Positions 39,146 through 51,951 of a DNA stretch of 64,000 nucleotides are shown piece by piece. The stretch covers positions 1 through 64,000 of the forward strand of contig NIVC01001375.1 of the NCBI GenBank assembly GCA_002269645.1, in the 5' to 3' direction. Positions within the stretch are counted from its first letter, which is position 1, and each line of letters begins with the position of its first letter. The notes below the pieces were generated by a model. It searched no databases. It saw nothing but the letters and a program-made list of their open reading frames with translations, and was not told where the DNA came from. The DNA is from Macrostomum lignano. Its lineage: Eukaryota. The position numbers were made by a program, and so were the translations under genes.

Positions 39146-42015
39146 TCATAGCAAGTCAGACTCCTGTGGCTTTAAAGAGAATTCCAGCATCTCGGACAGT
39201 AGCGGCTGTGGCAGATACTTCGTCCGCTCAATAACTGAGGCCCAGAATCCCACAGAGTGAATCTTCATCGCTGACAGGGTGCCAAACAGCATGAGCAGTG
39301 TGCTCTTCCTGGTCGGATCTCCGCACACCTTGGCCAGCTCAACCAAATAGCAATTCTGAGCGGCATCGATCGCTTCTCTATTCGACCATTCGGTTTGAGC
39401 ATCTGCGTCTAATAGAAAAATTGCTTTTAATAGCAGAAATTCCAATCTAGTCACCTGCAGAGAGGTTAGTCTACGGATAAACGTGCGCATCTGCTGGCCA
39501 GCTCGACTAGAAAATGAGCGCGAGTGCTGGGACGAGTGCGACTCGTGCAGACGGAAGGTGTCACTGAACCGGATGTAGCCTGCATGGGTTGTATGGGGTT
39601 AATAGGGATTTTAATGGGGATTCTAATAGGTATTCTAATAGGGATTCTAATAGGGATTCTAATAAATATTATAATAGGGACTCTAATGGAGTTTCTAATA
39701 GACATTCTAATAGAGATTCTAATAGGTATTCTAATAGGTATTCTAATATGGATTATAATAGATATTCTACTAGGTCTTCGAATAGGTATTATAATAGGGA
39801 TTTAAATAGGGATTCTAATAAATATTATAATAGGGACTCTAATAGAGATTCTAATAGAGATTCTAATAGAGATTCTAATAGGTATTTTAATAGGATTCTA
39901 ATAGACATTCTAATAGGGATTCTAATAGGGATTCTAATAGAGATTCTAATAGGTATTCTAATAGGGATTCAAATAGGGATTCTAATAAATATTATAATAG
40001 AGATTCTAATAGGTATTCTAATAGGGATTCAAATAGGGATTCTAATAAATATTAGAATAGGGACTCTAATAGAGATTCTAATAGAGATTGTAACAGGTAT
40101 TTCAATACTGATTCTAATTGGGATTTTAATGTGGATTTTAATAAAGATTCGAATAGGAATTATAATAGGGATTTCAATATGTATTCCAACAGGTATTTTG
40201 ACAGAGAATTATGAGCAAGTATTTCTTGGATACTTATTAGGACAAAAACTCATTAATCTGTCTTAATATCCTTAACTCACCGTTGTAGGGCACAGAATTA
40301 TTAGAAATCTCCCACACATTCAAGCCTAACCAATGATGCTGCAGCAAGAGCTTTTTATCGGACATAGGCAGCGAAGAAAACTCTGGTAGGCCTTTAGCAA
40401 AGCTCACTAGGTTTTGCACTAGGTTCTCGTTTGCCTGAGACACTCCCGCCGTGATCTCCTCGCTGCTCAAGGGTGGCTGAGTCTCCACAGGCTCCGACGG
40501 TGGTGGCAGCTGATCCAGCGGAGAGTCCAACTGTTGCAGGCGGTAGAGCAAAGGGCTGTCAGCTTTTAGCTGATGGCGCGGCTCGACGAGCGGTTGAAAC
40601 AGACCTGTCGGTTGGGGGAGGGGCAGTTACAGTAGTCTGTCTAATCGCTCTTTTGCCTCACTTGTGTCTAATCCCTATCATTTCCCCTCTCTCTCACCTG
40701 TGTCTAATCCCCATCATTTCCCCTCTCATTTGTGTCTAATCCCCATCATTTCCCCCCTCTCACCTGTGTCTAATCCCTATCATTTCCCCTCTCATTTGTG
40801 TCTAAATAAGTCTACTTGCCTGACTGCCTTGGTGTCAAGCTGCCGCACACCAACAGCGGCGCTTCGGATACTCTGGAGTACGTCGAGGATGTTCAGAAAC
40901 GGCTTTTGCAGAGTCGGAGGCTCGTCCACCAGAAGCTTCAGAGCGCGCAGACTGATAGAAACGAACGATACAACAAGGACGTGCGGTTTCAGCCCTACAA
41001 CCAAGGCGATCTGGTCATGCTAAGCTGCAAGACGGTGAAGCCTGGTCGCTCCAAGAGCCTCAGCAACCGCTGGACGGGGCCCTACGTCGTTCTCAAGCGG
41101 CTGGGTGAGGTCAACTATCGAGTGCGGCTGGCACCTGGCCTAGCGGTTCGGCGGCGTCGCAAGCTCGTGGTGCACCATGACCGCCTCAAGCCATTCGTGA
41201 AGCGGCGCGGCTCTCTGCAACTGACCGATGAGCAGCAGCCGGCTCCGGCTACCAGCACCAGTCCTGAGCAGCTGGGTGTGCCTGACGCCTGGGCTCAGCT
41301 GTCAGGCGGCAATGACGATGACGACGGTGACACCGAAGCAGCAATCGACCCGGTCGTCCCACCAGCGCTAAGACGTTCGGTACGACAGCGGAGGCCTCCT
41401 GATTTTCTCGTAATTCTGGTCTTACAGTGCCTAATCCGCATCATTTCCCCTCTCTCTCACCTGTGTCTAATCCCTATTTAGCCCAGCTATCACCTGTGTC
41501 TAATTTCCATCTACCCTACCTCTCACCTGTGTCTAATTCCCATCTAGCCCAGCTCTCACCTGTGTCTAATTCCCATCTAGCCCAGCTCTCACCTGTGTAT
41601 AATTCCCATCTAGCCCAGCTCTCACCTGTGTCTAATTCCCATCTAGCCCAGCTCTCACCTGTGTCAGCCAGTTTCGGGTCATGGTTAAGAAATCCCAGAG
41701 ACTGGTCCTCCTGGACCGGCTGAGGCTGCTCCAACGGCTGTGGATTAGCGGTAGCAGAAGCGTCGGCTGCGGCAGTCCCGGAGGACCTAATCAACTCTGG
41801 TCGCATCCCGACAGTGAGGCAGCGGCGCCAGCGACAGGCGGCGCACTGACGACGCCGATTGCCGTGCACCGGACACTGTCCGGATTTCCCGGCCGAATGC
41901 AGGAATAGGTAAGACAGGAGTGCACAGTACGTTTAAAAAATGCTTTACAAGCTTCGCAGGTGGTGGCGCCATAGTGCACGCCAGACGGGGGCGCGCCGCA
42001 GATGCTGCACTCCAT
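39146..42015 (-). CDS. Nuclear receptor, ERR (NR3B)-like P-box (exons 42015-41659, 40604-40281, 39579-39146; ~371 aa)
   Basis: C4 finger [29 protein letters not shown]. Second finger restored by a 1-nt insertion at ~41880 (C...[24 protein letters not shown]). LBD signature [24 protein letters not shown]; AF-2-like PLLSEML. Both introns are phase 1, GT-AG. Confidence 0.88.
39597..40200. repeat. 12-bp AT-rich minisatellite in nuclear-receptor intron 2
   Basis: attctaataggg / attctaatagag units. Confidence 0.9.
40640..41660. repeat. ~33-bp minisatellite in nuclear-receptor intron 1, split by a Gypsy fragment
   Basis: ctcacctgtgtctaattcccatctagcccagct units at 41425-41660 and variants at 40640-40808. 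Confidence 0.85.
40815..41412 (+). mobile_element. Ty3/Gypsy integrase C-terminal fragment
   Basis: YNQGDLVML...[19 protein letters not shown]...[10 protein letters not shown]...[11 protein letters not shown]: GPY/F module and typical pol end. Confidence 0.85.
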
Positions 42016-42134
42016 GATGTACTTTTAGTTAATGGCTTATTAGATTAGTAAGTGGTCAGTCTGGAGTATATTAGGCTTTGAACAATTTATTACAAGTTAT
42101 TAATAGTCTCTTGAGTAGTTGTCATATATAATGG

Positions 42135-42815
42135 CTTCTTAGCGATTCTCCTATGAGCCATGACACCTCAGCAATTCCCCCATATGAACCTTGACTTCTT
42201 AGCAATTCTCCTATGAGCCACGACACCTCAGCAATTCCCCCATATAAACCTGGCTTCTTAGCGATTCTCCTATGAGCCACGACACCTCAGCAATTCCCCC
42301 ATATGAACCTTGACTTCTTAGCAATTCTCCTATGAGCCACGACACCTCAGCAATTCCCCCATATAAACCTGGCTTCTTAGCGATTCTCCTATGAGCCATG
42401 ACACCTCAGCAATTCCCCCATATGAACCTTGACTTCTTAGCAATTCTCCTATGAGCCACGACACCTCAGCAATTCCCCCATATAAACCTGGCTTCTTAGC
42501 GATTCTCCTATGAGCCACGACACCTCAGCAATTCCCCCATATGAACCTTGACTTCTTAGCAATTCTCCTATGAGCCACGACACCTCAGCAATTCCCCCAT
42601 ATAAACCTGGCTTCTTAGCGATTCTCCTATGAGCCACGACACCTCAGCAATTCCCCCATATAAACCTGACTTCTTAGCGATTCTCCTATGAGCCACGACA
42701 CCTCAGCAATTCCCCCATATGAACCTTGACTTCTTAGCAATTCTCCTATGAGCCACGACACCTCAGCAATTCCCCCATATAAACCTTGACTTCTTAGCAA
42801 TTCTCCTATGAGCCA
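42135..42815. repeat. 59/60-bp minisatellite with 119-bp dimeric higher-order unit
   Basis: Identical ORFs recur at 42211, 42330 and 42449 (period 119). Confidence 0.92.
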
Positions 42816-45204
42816 CAATTATTAATCCTTCTCTATAATATATTGATAAAATAAAGAGCAATAGTAATATTCTTCATTAAAGTTCTTATCTTTTAATTAT
42901 ACAAAAATGGCTAAGATTAGAGGTTAGACAAGATCTCAAAATCTTAATCTTGATCTTGGTTTCAAGATATAGAAAAAAGTCAAGATTTAACTATAATGTA
43001 AAATCTATTGGTGACTACAATAATAACTATTTCTCATTCTATTATGATGATTGTATATACTTACTAAAGAAAAATATTAGCATTGATAAATAGAATGGTG
43101 TAAATATGCCTATTAGATGCTAATTATGCCTAGGTTTAATATCAAATCTTGATTAAAACTCAATTATCTTAAAAGTATAGATTTCAAGTCCTAAAATTTT
43201 TTTTTAAATTCTCTCCAACCTTTAATTAAGAGTAAGACTTCATTTATCTTATCTTAGCCCCTAATTACCCCAACCATACAATGTGCATATGGTATTGGAA
43301 ATCTTTAATGCTTAAAACTCTAACTTGAAAGACTTAAGAGTAGATTAAAACTCTTTTAATATTGAAAATGAAAGTTTTATCCTAAACTATAGCCCTTACC
43401 ATATTATTTATGCAATGTATATATAAAGCAAAAAGTCTATTGCTTTAGTCCCCAACTATAGGAACTTAAAAGTTTCTTTTACAAAAGCTTTGTTGCCTTA
43501 GTTACTTAGAGTAGACCTTAGACCTAGTCAAGAAACAACTTTTTTAATATCTATGTCAAAATATTGTTTTCAAAAAGATAATAAAATATTTAGAAGCATT
43601 GCCATTACTACTAGTAGTAGTAGGCTTAAGGCCTAGGCCTAATGGCTAGGCCCTTAATGCCTAATAAAAAATTATATTTAAATGTTTTTTCTATGTTTGC
43701 TTTTATACTTAATGCATTTTAGATTTAAGACTGACTTCTGAAGAATTTTTAGAAGTATTTGGCTATATTAAATTTATTTTTATCAGTAGATACAAGGATA
43801 TAAAAGCTAAAAATGATATATTAGGCAATAGGCCTAGGCAATAGGCATAATAATTGGTTAAATATTAAATAAATCATTGAACAAATAAACATAGACTAAC
43901 TTTCTAGGCCTATTTCATATAGAAAACTAGACCATTGCATTAGGGCTGGGAACCTAATTTGATGAATATAGTATAGATTAGTAGGATTGTAGAATGTAGG
44001 CCTATTCTAGGCCTAAACAAAAATGATCCACAATTGATATAATAAAGACCTGGATTGTGGCTTATGCATGTCTATCCCTTATTAGCCTTGTGGAGAATAG
44101 GCCCTTTGCTACTACTACTACTTACTGAAAGCTATATTTGAAATATTTGTTTGTGGTTTGATTTGATTTATTGCATAGGTCTGACTAAAAAGCCTGATTC
44201 TAATGAAAATTTAAGAGTCACAAATAAGTCTATTTTCCTCGGCCAGGGCTAGCTATCTGGCGTCTAATAGTAATAGGCCTACGAACATGTCAATAACGCT
44301 TACACATCATTTAAATTGGCAAATAATACCTATCATATTACCATACCAAATATGGTATCCTATTGAGGACGAGGGATTGCATGCATTGCATGTTGACTTC
44401 AAGAAGATATTCAGACTTCTCCTTGTTCAAATCGGTGCTGGTCTTTGCGATTCAAACAAACTCGAACGAGACGCAGGGTGCAAAATAAAGGGGACTCCGT
44501 CTGCTAAGTTCCTCAGGCTCAGGAGGGAGGGTATAGCTAGCTGTGGTCGTGACTGAGCGGTCTAGTTGATGCCGTCTCTCAGAATGCCGAAATGCAGAAA
44601 TGTAGCCTCCTACGGAGAACTTAAAATAAACTAAGATTTGCTGAGTGTTGTACTGAGAGTAGTAGTAATTCGCAAAGAAAAGCTCAAAAGCTTAAATAGA
44701 CTCGAATCTGCCCCTCTCTCTTATCTTCTCTCGTCTATCAGCTCTCTTGATCCTCCCTCAGATCTTTGCATCTGAGATCTGAGGGACCTGAGATCTTTTT
44801 TCCTCTCTGCTGTCATTCGTCTCTCCTCTTTTTTTCTTTTTTTCCTCGCCTCCCCATTCGCCTATCTTACAGCTTCTCTCAATTCCCTCACTACCTTGTG
44901 AAACAGTGTTTTTATTCAGATTGCATCACGCTGTGGTTGTGACGATGCCACTTACATGAAATGCATCAAGTGAACATGTTATTGTAAACTTATGTTTACG
45001 TGTCACTCTTCTTAACATTTATGAGTACATATCTATTACTGTACAGTCACTGAGATACATATTATAAAAGTATTTTCAAACAACCAAAAATTCTAAAATA
45101 TTCGTACATGCACGAGCTAATCATTGAAATACAAAAACGGGTAGTAATAAAATCTGCAGAACATGCAAACTTAATTTCTGGTTTATTTTGAGATGCTCGA
45201 GTTG

Positions 45205-45870
<666 letters not shown>

Positions 45871-46246
45871 TGGCTTTTTTGGTGCAGAAAAACCTCCATA
45901 AGCAGTTGCCCACCCCGTGTGTAATATTCCACAGATGTCATACACCCACAAAAGCAGATGTAATTGGACACTTACGGCCTTGTGTTTCCTCATTAGCACT
46001 AGAGATCCGTCTTTCCTAATTAGGCTTCACTTTCGTCCGTACGCCTAATGCAGGCTCTAGCTGAAGTGAATTTACAAGTATTGAATTCTTAATTTTGTTT
46101 AATTTCCCAACATGTGTTTGCCACGGCAATGCAATGAAAGTAATTGCCTTCCGTTCAATAATAAATACTGCAACTGCTGTGAATTTTCCTTTTGTTCTAA
46201 TGCAAATATTTTTTTGAAGCATCAGCTCCATTCATCAAGACTAGCT

Positions 46247-48271
46247 ATGCTGCCGTTCAAAGACGGCCTCGCACTGTGGCTGAGACTCTGTCTGCTCTGC
46301 TGCCTCGCTGCAGTTGCTGCATCGCAGACGCCGCAGACAGCTGCACCCAGCTGCAAGCCTCTGAGACTCGTCCGCTCGGTCCTGCCCGTCTCGCTCGACC
46401 CGACCGTGAGCAGTGACGTCATTACCGAAACCAACGTGGCTTCGGTGCCCGACTGTCTGCTCAGGTGCCGAATGAGAGCCTGCGCTGTGGCGGTTGTTCC
46501 CAATGGCGCCTCCACCTGCCAACTCGTCTTCATCAACGATGCGTCGCAGTCTCCGGGACCGACGGCGAGTCACGTGAAGCGAGTTCTGGGCTCCGAGGCG
46601 GGTGACTCCGTGTGGACGGTGGACAACCTCGAGCAGCTGATCCGGGAGAGGGCCTACAGGCTCGATGTCGTGTTCAAGAGTGAGTAGCAGCTGCCAGTGC
46701 AGATATCAGTATCCTTATATTTTGCTGGCATATTCCAAATATAATCAATTGGATGCAGCTGGGATCAGAAGGTCTGTTTTCGACGTGTTGTTATAATTAC
46801 AGACTCGTCCACGGGCAGCAGCGGGTCCGTCCAGCACCTGCAGATCGGCCTCACCGGCTGCTACCGCATCGAGGCCGCCGGAGCCAGAGGCGGCGGCAAG
46901 CTGTCCAAAGGCACCGTCGGAGGCCACGGAGCCACCGCGGCTGCCAACTTCAGTCTGACGGCCGGAACCCGACTGGACATCGCAGTTGGACAGGCGGGCA
47001 GCAACGAATCGGTGAACGGCGCTGCGCCTGGCGGAGGCGGCGGCAGCTTCGTGTGGACAAGCGACGGATCGGAGACTCGGCTGCTGCTGGCTGCGGGCGG
47101 CGGCGGCGGAGGCGCCACTGGTAGAAACGGTGAGGAGCTTCCCGAAATGGTGTTTTTGCCATAGACAAACCCGCTTTCGTCCAGCCGGGATGTCTTCAGT
47201 GGGTTAGCGACGTGTGCTTTGCATCTGACAGGTTCTCAAAGCAGTCGAGGTTTCAGTGATACCACTAAGACGCCACATTTTTGTGTGAATATAATTCTTA
47301 TAGTGAGTTGACAATATATGCTCACCCGTGTATAGTACATATGCTGAGTGAGGCCCAAAGTACCATGTTGTGGTAAAAAGAGAAGCTCACTTCCCGTTAA
47401 GTGTAGTTGGAAATTTTGTATTGCTCCTGGTGATACATTTGAACGATAAATCTAAGAATTTAAGAAGCATTGCTGTGTAGGACAAACACAACTGAGCAAA
47501 ATTAAAAACCAGCATTGGCGGAGCGATTGACTTCAGCTAACTTGCACTGCAAATGACGCCAGGTTTTCCAACTCTCGTTTTGGCACACTTGGTTTGGGGT
47601 ATCAATGTATAGTTTATCCTATTGACTTTATTGAAAGATAGAACCATGATAGAAGTTCTAGCAACACATGAAACCAGCCAGGATCAAGGACTAGTCAAGT
47701 TTTTAAGCAGTAAGAAGCACTGCAACATTACAACAGAGATGGTACTCAAGCCAATTAAACGATCCAAACAACAGGACTGCCTGGTGAGGCCGGACGCAAC
47801 GGTTCGGACACGATTGGCTCGTACTCCGGCTTCACCGGCTTTGGTGGAACCAACGGGGCTCCGGGCTCCAACACTCCGAGCCGCACTGGGTCCGGCTACA
47901 CTCACGGCGGCTGCGGTGCCGGCTGGCTCGGCAAGGCCGTCAACCCGAGACGAGGCAACACCGACGGAGAGCGAGGCGGCAGCGCGGCCGACGGCTGGAT
48001 CGGCGGCAGCGGCGGCGACGGAGGCGGCGGCGACGGCGGATTCGGCGGCGGCGGCGGCGGAGGCGGCAACCCTGGAGGCAAAGCCGCAGCCCCAGGCGCC
48101 GGCGGCGGCTTCAGCGGAGGCGGCGGTGGTCTCGGATTCGGCCACGCTGGAGGAGGCGGCGGCTCCGCCTGCATCGGCGGCGGTGGTTGCATCACCGTCA
48201 CTGGCGGCAACTCAGACAGAGAGCAGGGAAGAGTGGCTGTGCGGCTGCTTGCTCCTCCCGATGGGTGCTGA
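46247..48271 (+). CDS. Secreted protein: PAN/Apple-like domain plus ALK/LTK-type glycine-rich domain (exons 46247-46679, 46803-47129, 47775-48271; ~418 aa)
   Basis: Signal-like LALWLRLCLLCCLAAVAA; DCLLRC...C...TCQL. Exon 2 GCYRIEAAGARGG...FSLTAGTRLDIAVGQAG...GGGGGSFV...LLLAAGGGGG; exon 3 GAGW...GGFGGGGG...GAGGGFSGG...AGGGGGS. Both introns are phase 1 GT-AG; no TM segment or kinase. Confidence 0.82.
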
Positions 48272-48554
48272 TCTTCGAATAACCGGTTACTGACAGCCCC
48301 GTGCAGAATTAATTAAACTTGAAGAGTTCGTTGCTAATTTGAAAGTGTCAATCTTACTGACATAAATGGATCTTTTTTCTTTTAAAATTCTGTTGAAGGC
48401 CACGGAGCCTCTTGAGGTGCGCCTGTCAACAGCAGTTGCAGAATCTTTGAAAACGCTTTAATTCAATTTTTAATTGGATGAACATTCAATATCAAAGGAA
48501 CCCTGACTTTATTGGCCCTACGGACCTTGGTCATTATTTTCACAATAATCCTGG

Positions 48555-48740
48555 TTGATTCTTTATCGAGCGGAGCGGCTTAACTGTAACCAGCGAGACC
48601 CCTGGTTCGATTGGAGCGGTGACACTCAGTTGGGGCTTCTCTGTGCACGAAAATTGGCCAGTTATGAGTGGCAACCCCAGGGCCACAGAGTTGTACATGC
48701 CTGACCCTGAGTGAGCGTGTGTAATAAAGTTCAAGTCTTT
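48555..48740 (+). mobile_element. Degenerate SINE-like fragment
   Basis: B-box GGTTCGATT, and ggcaaccccagggccacagagttgtacatgcc resembling the - strand of 8400-8662. Confidence 0.4.
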
Positions 48741-48949
48741 TAGATTTAGTAGCTGGCACAATTGATTGTGACTCTGTAGCACTGCGAAATTTACACAGCT
48801 CGTAGTTCGGTGTTTTGCATCCAAGCAAGATTATTGATCTATTTTAGTGAATGAGTAATTGAGTAATTTAGGTTTTTAAGAACAGGTAATTACGTCTCAT
48901 ATGGTAATCAATGGTCTCACGGATGCCCATTCATAAAAAACTGATAAAC

Positions 48950-49555
48950 AGCCGACAAACAACCAAAAGGCAACCGACAAACAACCAAAAGGCAACCGAC
49001 AAACAACCAAAAGGCAACCGACAAACAACCAAAAGGCAACCGACAAACAACCAAAAGGCAACCGACAAACAACCAAAAGGCAACCGACAAACAACCAAAA
49101 GGCAACCGACAAACAACCAAAAGGCAACCGACAAACAACCAAAAGGCAACCGACAAACAACCAAAAGGCAACCGACAAACAACCAAAAGGCAACCGACAA
49201 ACAACCAAAGAGAAACCGACAAACAATCAAAACGAAACCGACAAACAATCAAAAGGCAACCGACAATAATCAAAAGGCAACCGACAAACATCAAAAGGCA
49301 ACCGACAAACCATCAAAAGGCAACAGACAAACAATCAAAACGAAACCGATAAACAACCAAAAGGCAACCGACAAACAACCAAAAGGCAACCGGCAAACAA
49401 CCGAAAGGCAACCGACAAACAACCAAAAGGCAACCGACAAACAACCAAAAGGCATCCGACAAACGACCAAAAGGCAACCGACAAACAACCAAAAGGCTAC
49501 CGGCAAACAACCAAAAGGCAACCGACAAACAACCAAAAGGCTACCGGCAAACAAA
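48950..49555. repeat. 22-bp minisatellite
   Basis: caaccgacaaacaaccaaaagg units. Confidence 0.95.
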
Positions 49556-50495
49556 CAGAAGGCGGCCAATATTTATCAAGAAAATTGATCAAGTATTTGC
49601 CTTTTGTGCCTGTTTATTTTAAAAGATTATTAGTACTTTAGTTTTTTCATTAAAGGCATTAGAGGCAGGGGTCTGTGTGCACCCTGGCGCACTTTAAGCG
49701 ACATTGTCCCACAACCGCCGAAAGGCATTACTGCCCATACCGCCGCCTCCCCTGAGCAGGCACACAGCGCGCGGGTACGTACGCAGTCATACCAAAGAAT
49801 TCTGAAGTAGAAAGACGGGAAACTACGTTTCTCGGAGAAACTTAAGGAGGCTGGTTTTCGCCGAAAAATACCCAACGGAGATAGGAAGTTTTCACTTTTT
49901 TTCATATTGAAATTGTTATTGCTTTCGATAGGAGGCAGAGCCAATGTTCATCATTTGAATCGCAGTTTCCCGTCATTCTACTTGAGCAGTCCTTGAGTCA
50001 TACGCACGGGCATGCTTTAGTTTATCTGCAGTAGGGTTTTTTGACAGTCTTACAGGAATAGCAACTGTTAAACGCCAGAAAATAAAGTGTGCATTCGATT
50101 GTCCTACTGGGCAGCAAACTAAAAGCAGTATTGCAAAATTTTATGCCCAATCAACTCAATGCAAGGCTTCCACCCCATCATTTTAAGAGAAATAGCATTT
50201 TTGTTTTTGCATTCCTGGTGCGCTGCTGTTAGCTTCATTAAAAAGCCACACACAACATTTCTGATGCAAATGGCAAATACGCATCGTTGGCTGCATAATT
50301 TTTGCATGCAGCTAATTAGCGGACCTCAGCTGACAGTAGATAGAGATAATGATCAAGCGGCCCACGCATACCTCATTCTTTATTATCCAAGCTTTAGACT
50401 CAGCTCCCCCACCGTCCCCCATCGTTCTCTCTCAATTAAAAATTTTCCGATACAGTAGACTTTGACTCTGAGTCGCTTCTCTACCAGCCGGAAAA

Positions 50496-51452
50496 ATGTT
50501 TGGCTTCAATGATGGCCTCTCAGTGCTGACGGAGCTCTATCTGCTCTGCTGCCTCGCTGCAGTTGCTGCATCGCAGACGCCGCAGACAGCTGCACCCAGC
50601 TGCAAGCCTCTGAGACTCGTCCGCTCGGTCCTCCCCGTCTCGCTCGACCCGACCGTGAGCAGTGACGTCATTACCGAAACCAACGTGGCTTCCGTGCCAG
50701 ACTGTCTGCTCAGGTGCCGAATGAGAGCCTGCGCTGTGGCGGTTGTTCCCAATGGCGCCTCCACCTGCCAACTCGTCTTCATCAACGATGCGTCGCAGTC
50801 TCCGGGACCGACGGCGAGTCACGTGAAGCGAGTTCTGGGCTCCGAGGCGGGTGACTCCGTGTGGACGGTGGACAACCTCGAGCAGCTGATCCGGGAGAGG
50901 GCCTACAGGCTCGATGTCGTGTTCAAGAGTGAGTAGCAGCTGCCAGTGCAGATATCAGTATCCTTATATTTTGCTGGCATATTCCAAATATAATCTTAGC
51001 GGAATGGGCGCCCGCGCCTCCCCGCTGTGTCCCCTCCGGGACAGCCCTGCAGTTATTCCAAATATAATCAATTGGATGCAGCTGGGATCAGAAGGTCTGT
51101 TTTCGACGCGTTGTTATAATTACAGACTCGTCCACGGGCAGCAGCGGGTCCGTCCAGCACCTGCAGATCGGCCTCACCGGCTGCTACCGCATCGAGGCCG
51201 CCGGAGCCAGAGGCGGCGGCAAGCTGTCCAAAGGCACCGTCGGAGGCCACGGAGCCACCGCGGCTGCCAACTTCAGTCTGACGGCCGGAACCCGACTGGA
51301 CATCGCAGTTGGACAGGCGGGCAGCAACGAATCGGTGAACGGCGCTGCGCCTGGCGGAGGCGGCGGCAGCTTCGTGTGGACAAGCGACGGATCGGAGACT
51401 CGGCTGCTGCTGGCTGCGGGCGGCGGCGGCGGAGGCGCCACTGGTAGAAACG
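50496..51452 (+). CDS. Partial tandem duplicate of the PAN/glycine-rich gene (exons 50496-50928 and 51126-51452; exon 3 not in window)
   Basis: 50540-51951 is near-identical to 46291-47621, with a different first ~15 codons. Intron 2 is interrupted by the Helitron array. Confidence 0.75.
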
Positions 51453-51951
51453 GTGAGGAGCTTCCCGAAATGGTGTTTTTGCCATAGACAAACCCGCTTT
51501 CGTCCAGCCGGGATGTCTTCAGTGGGTTAGCGACGTGTGCTTTGCATCTGACAGGTTCTCAAAGCAGTCGAGGTTTCAGTGATACCACTAAGACGCCACA
51601 TTTTTGTGTGAATATAATTCTTATAGTGAGTTGACAATAAATGCTCACCCGTGTATAGTACATACGCTGAGTGAGGCCCAAAGTACCATGTTGTGGTAAA
51701 AAGAGAAGCTCACTTCCCGTTAAGTGTAGTTGGAAATTTTGTATTGCTCCTGGTGATACATTTGAACGATAAATCTAAGAATTTAAGAAGCATTGCTGTG
51801 TAGGACAAACACAACTGAGCAAAATTTAAAACCAGCATTGGCGGAGCGATTGACTTCAGCTAACTTGCACTGCAAAGGACGCCAGGTTTTCCAACTCTCG
51901 TTTTGGCACACTTGGTTTGGGGTGGCGGCTTTCAATGTATAGTTTATCCTA

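Noticed and set aside
47331-47400. Hammerhead-ribozyme-like ctgagtgaggcc motif (also ~51667)
   Set aside because: Core spacing is wrong and there is no stem II followed by GAAA.
47622-48293. 223-aa Ala-rich ORF and antisense Pro-rich ORFs
   Set aside because: Alternative frames of the Gly-rich exon 3 (47775-48271), whose frame is fixed by splice phase and domain motifs.
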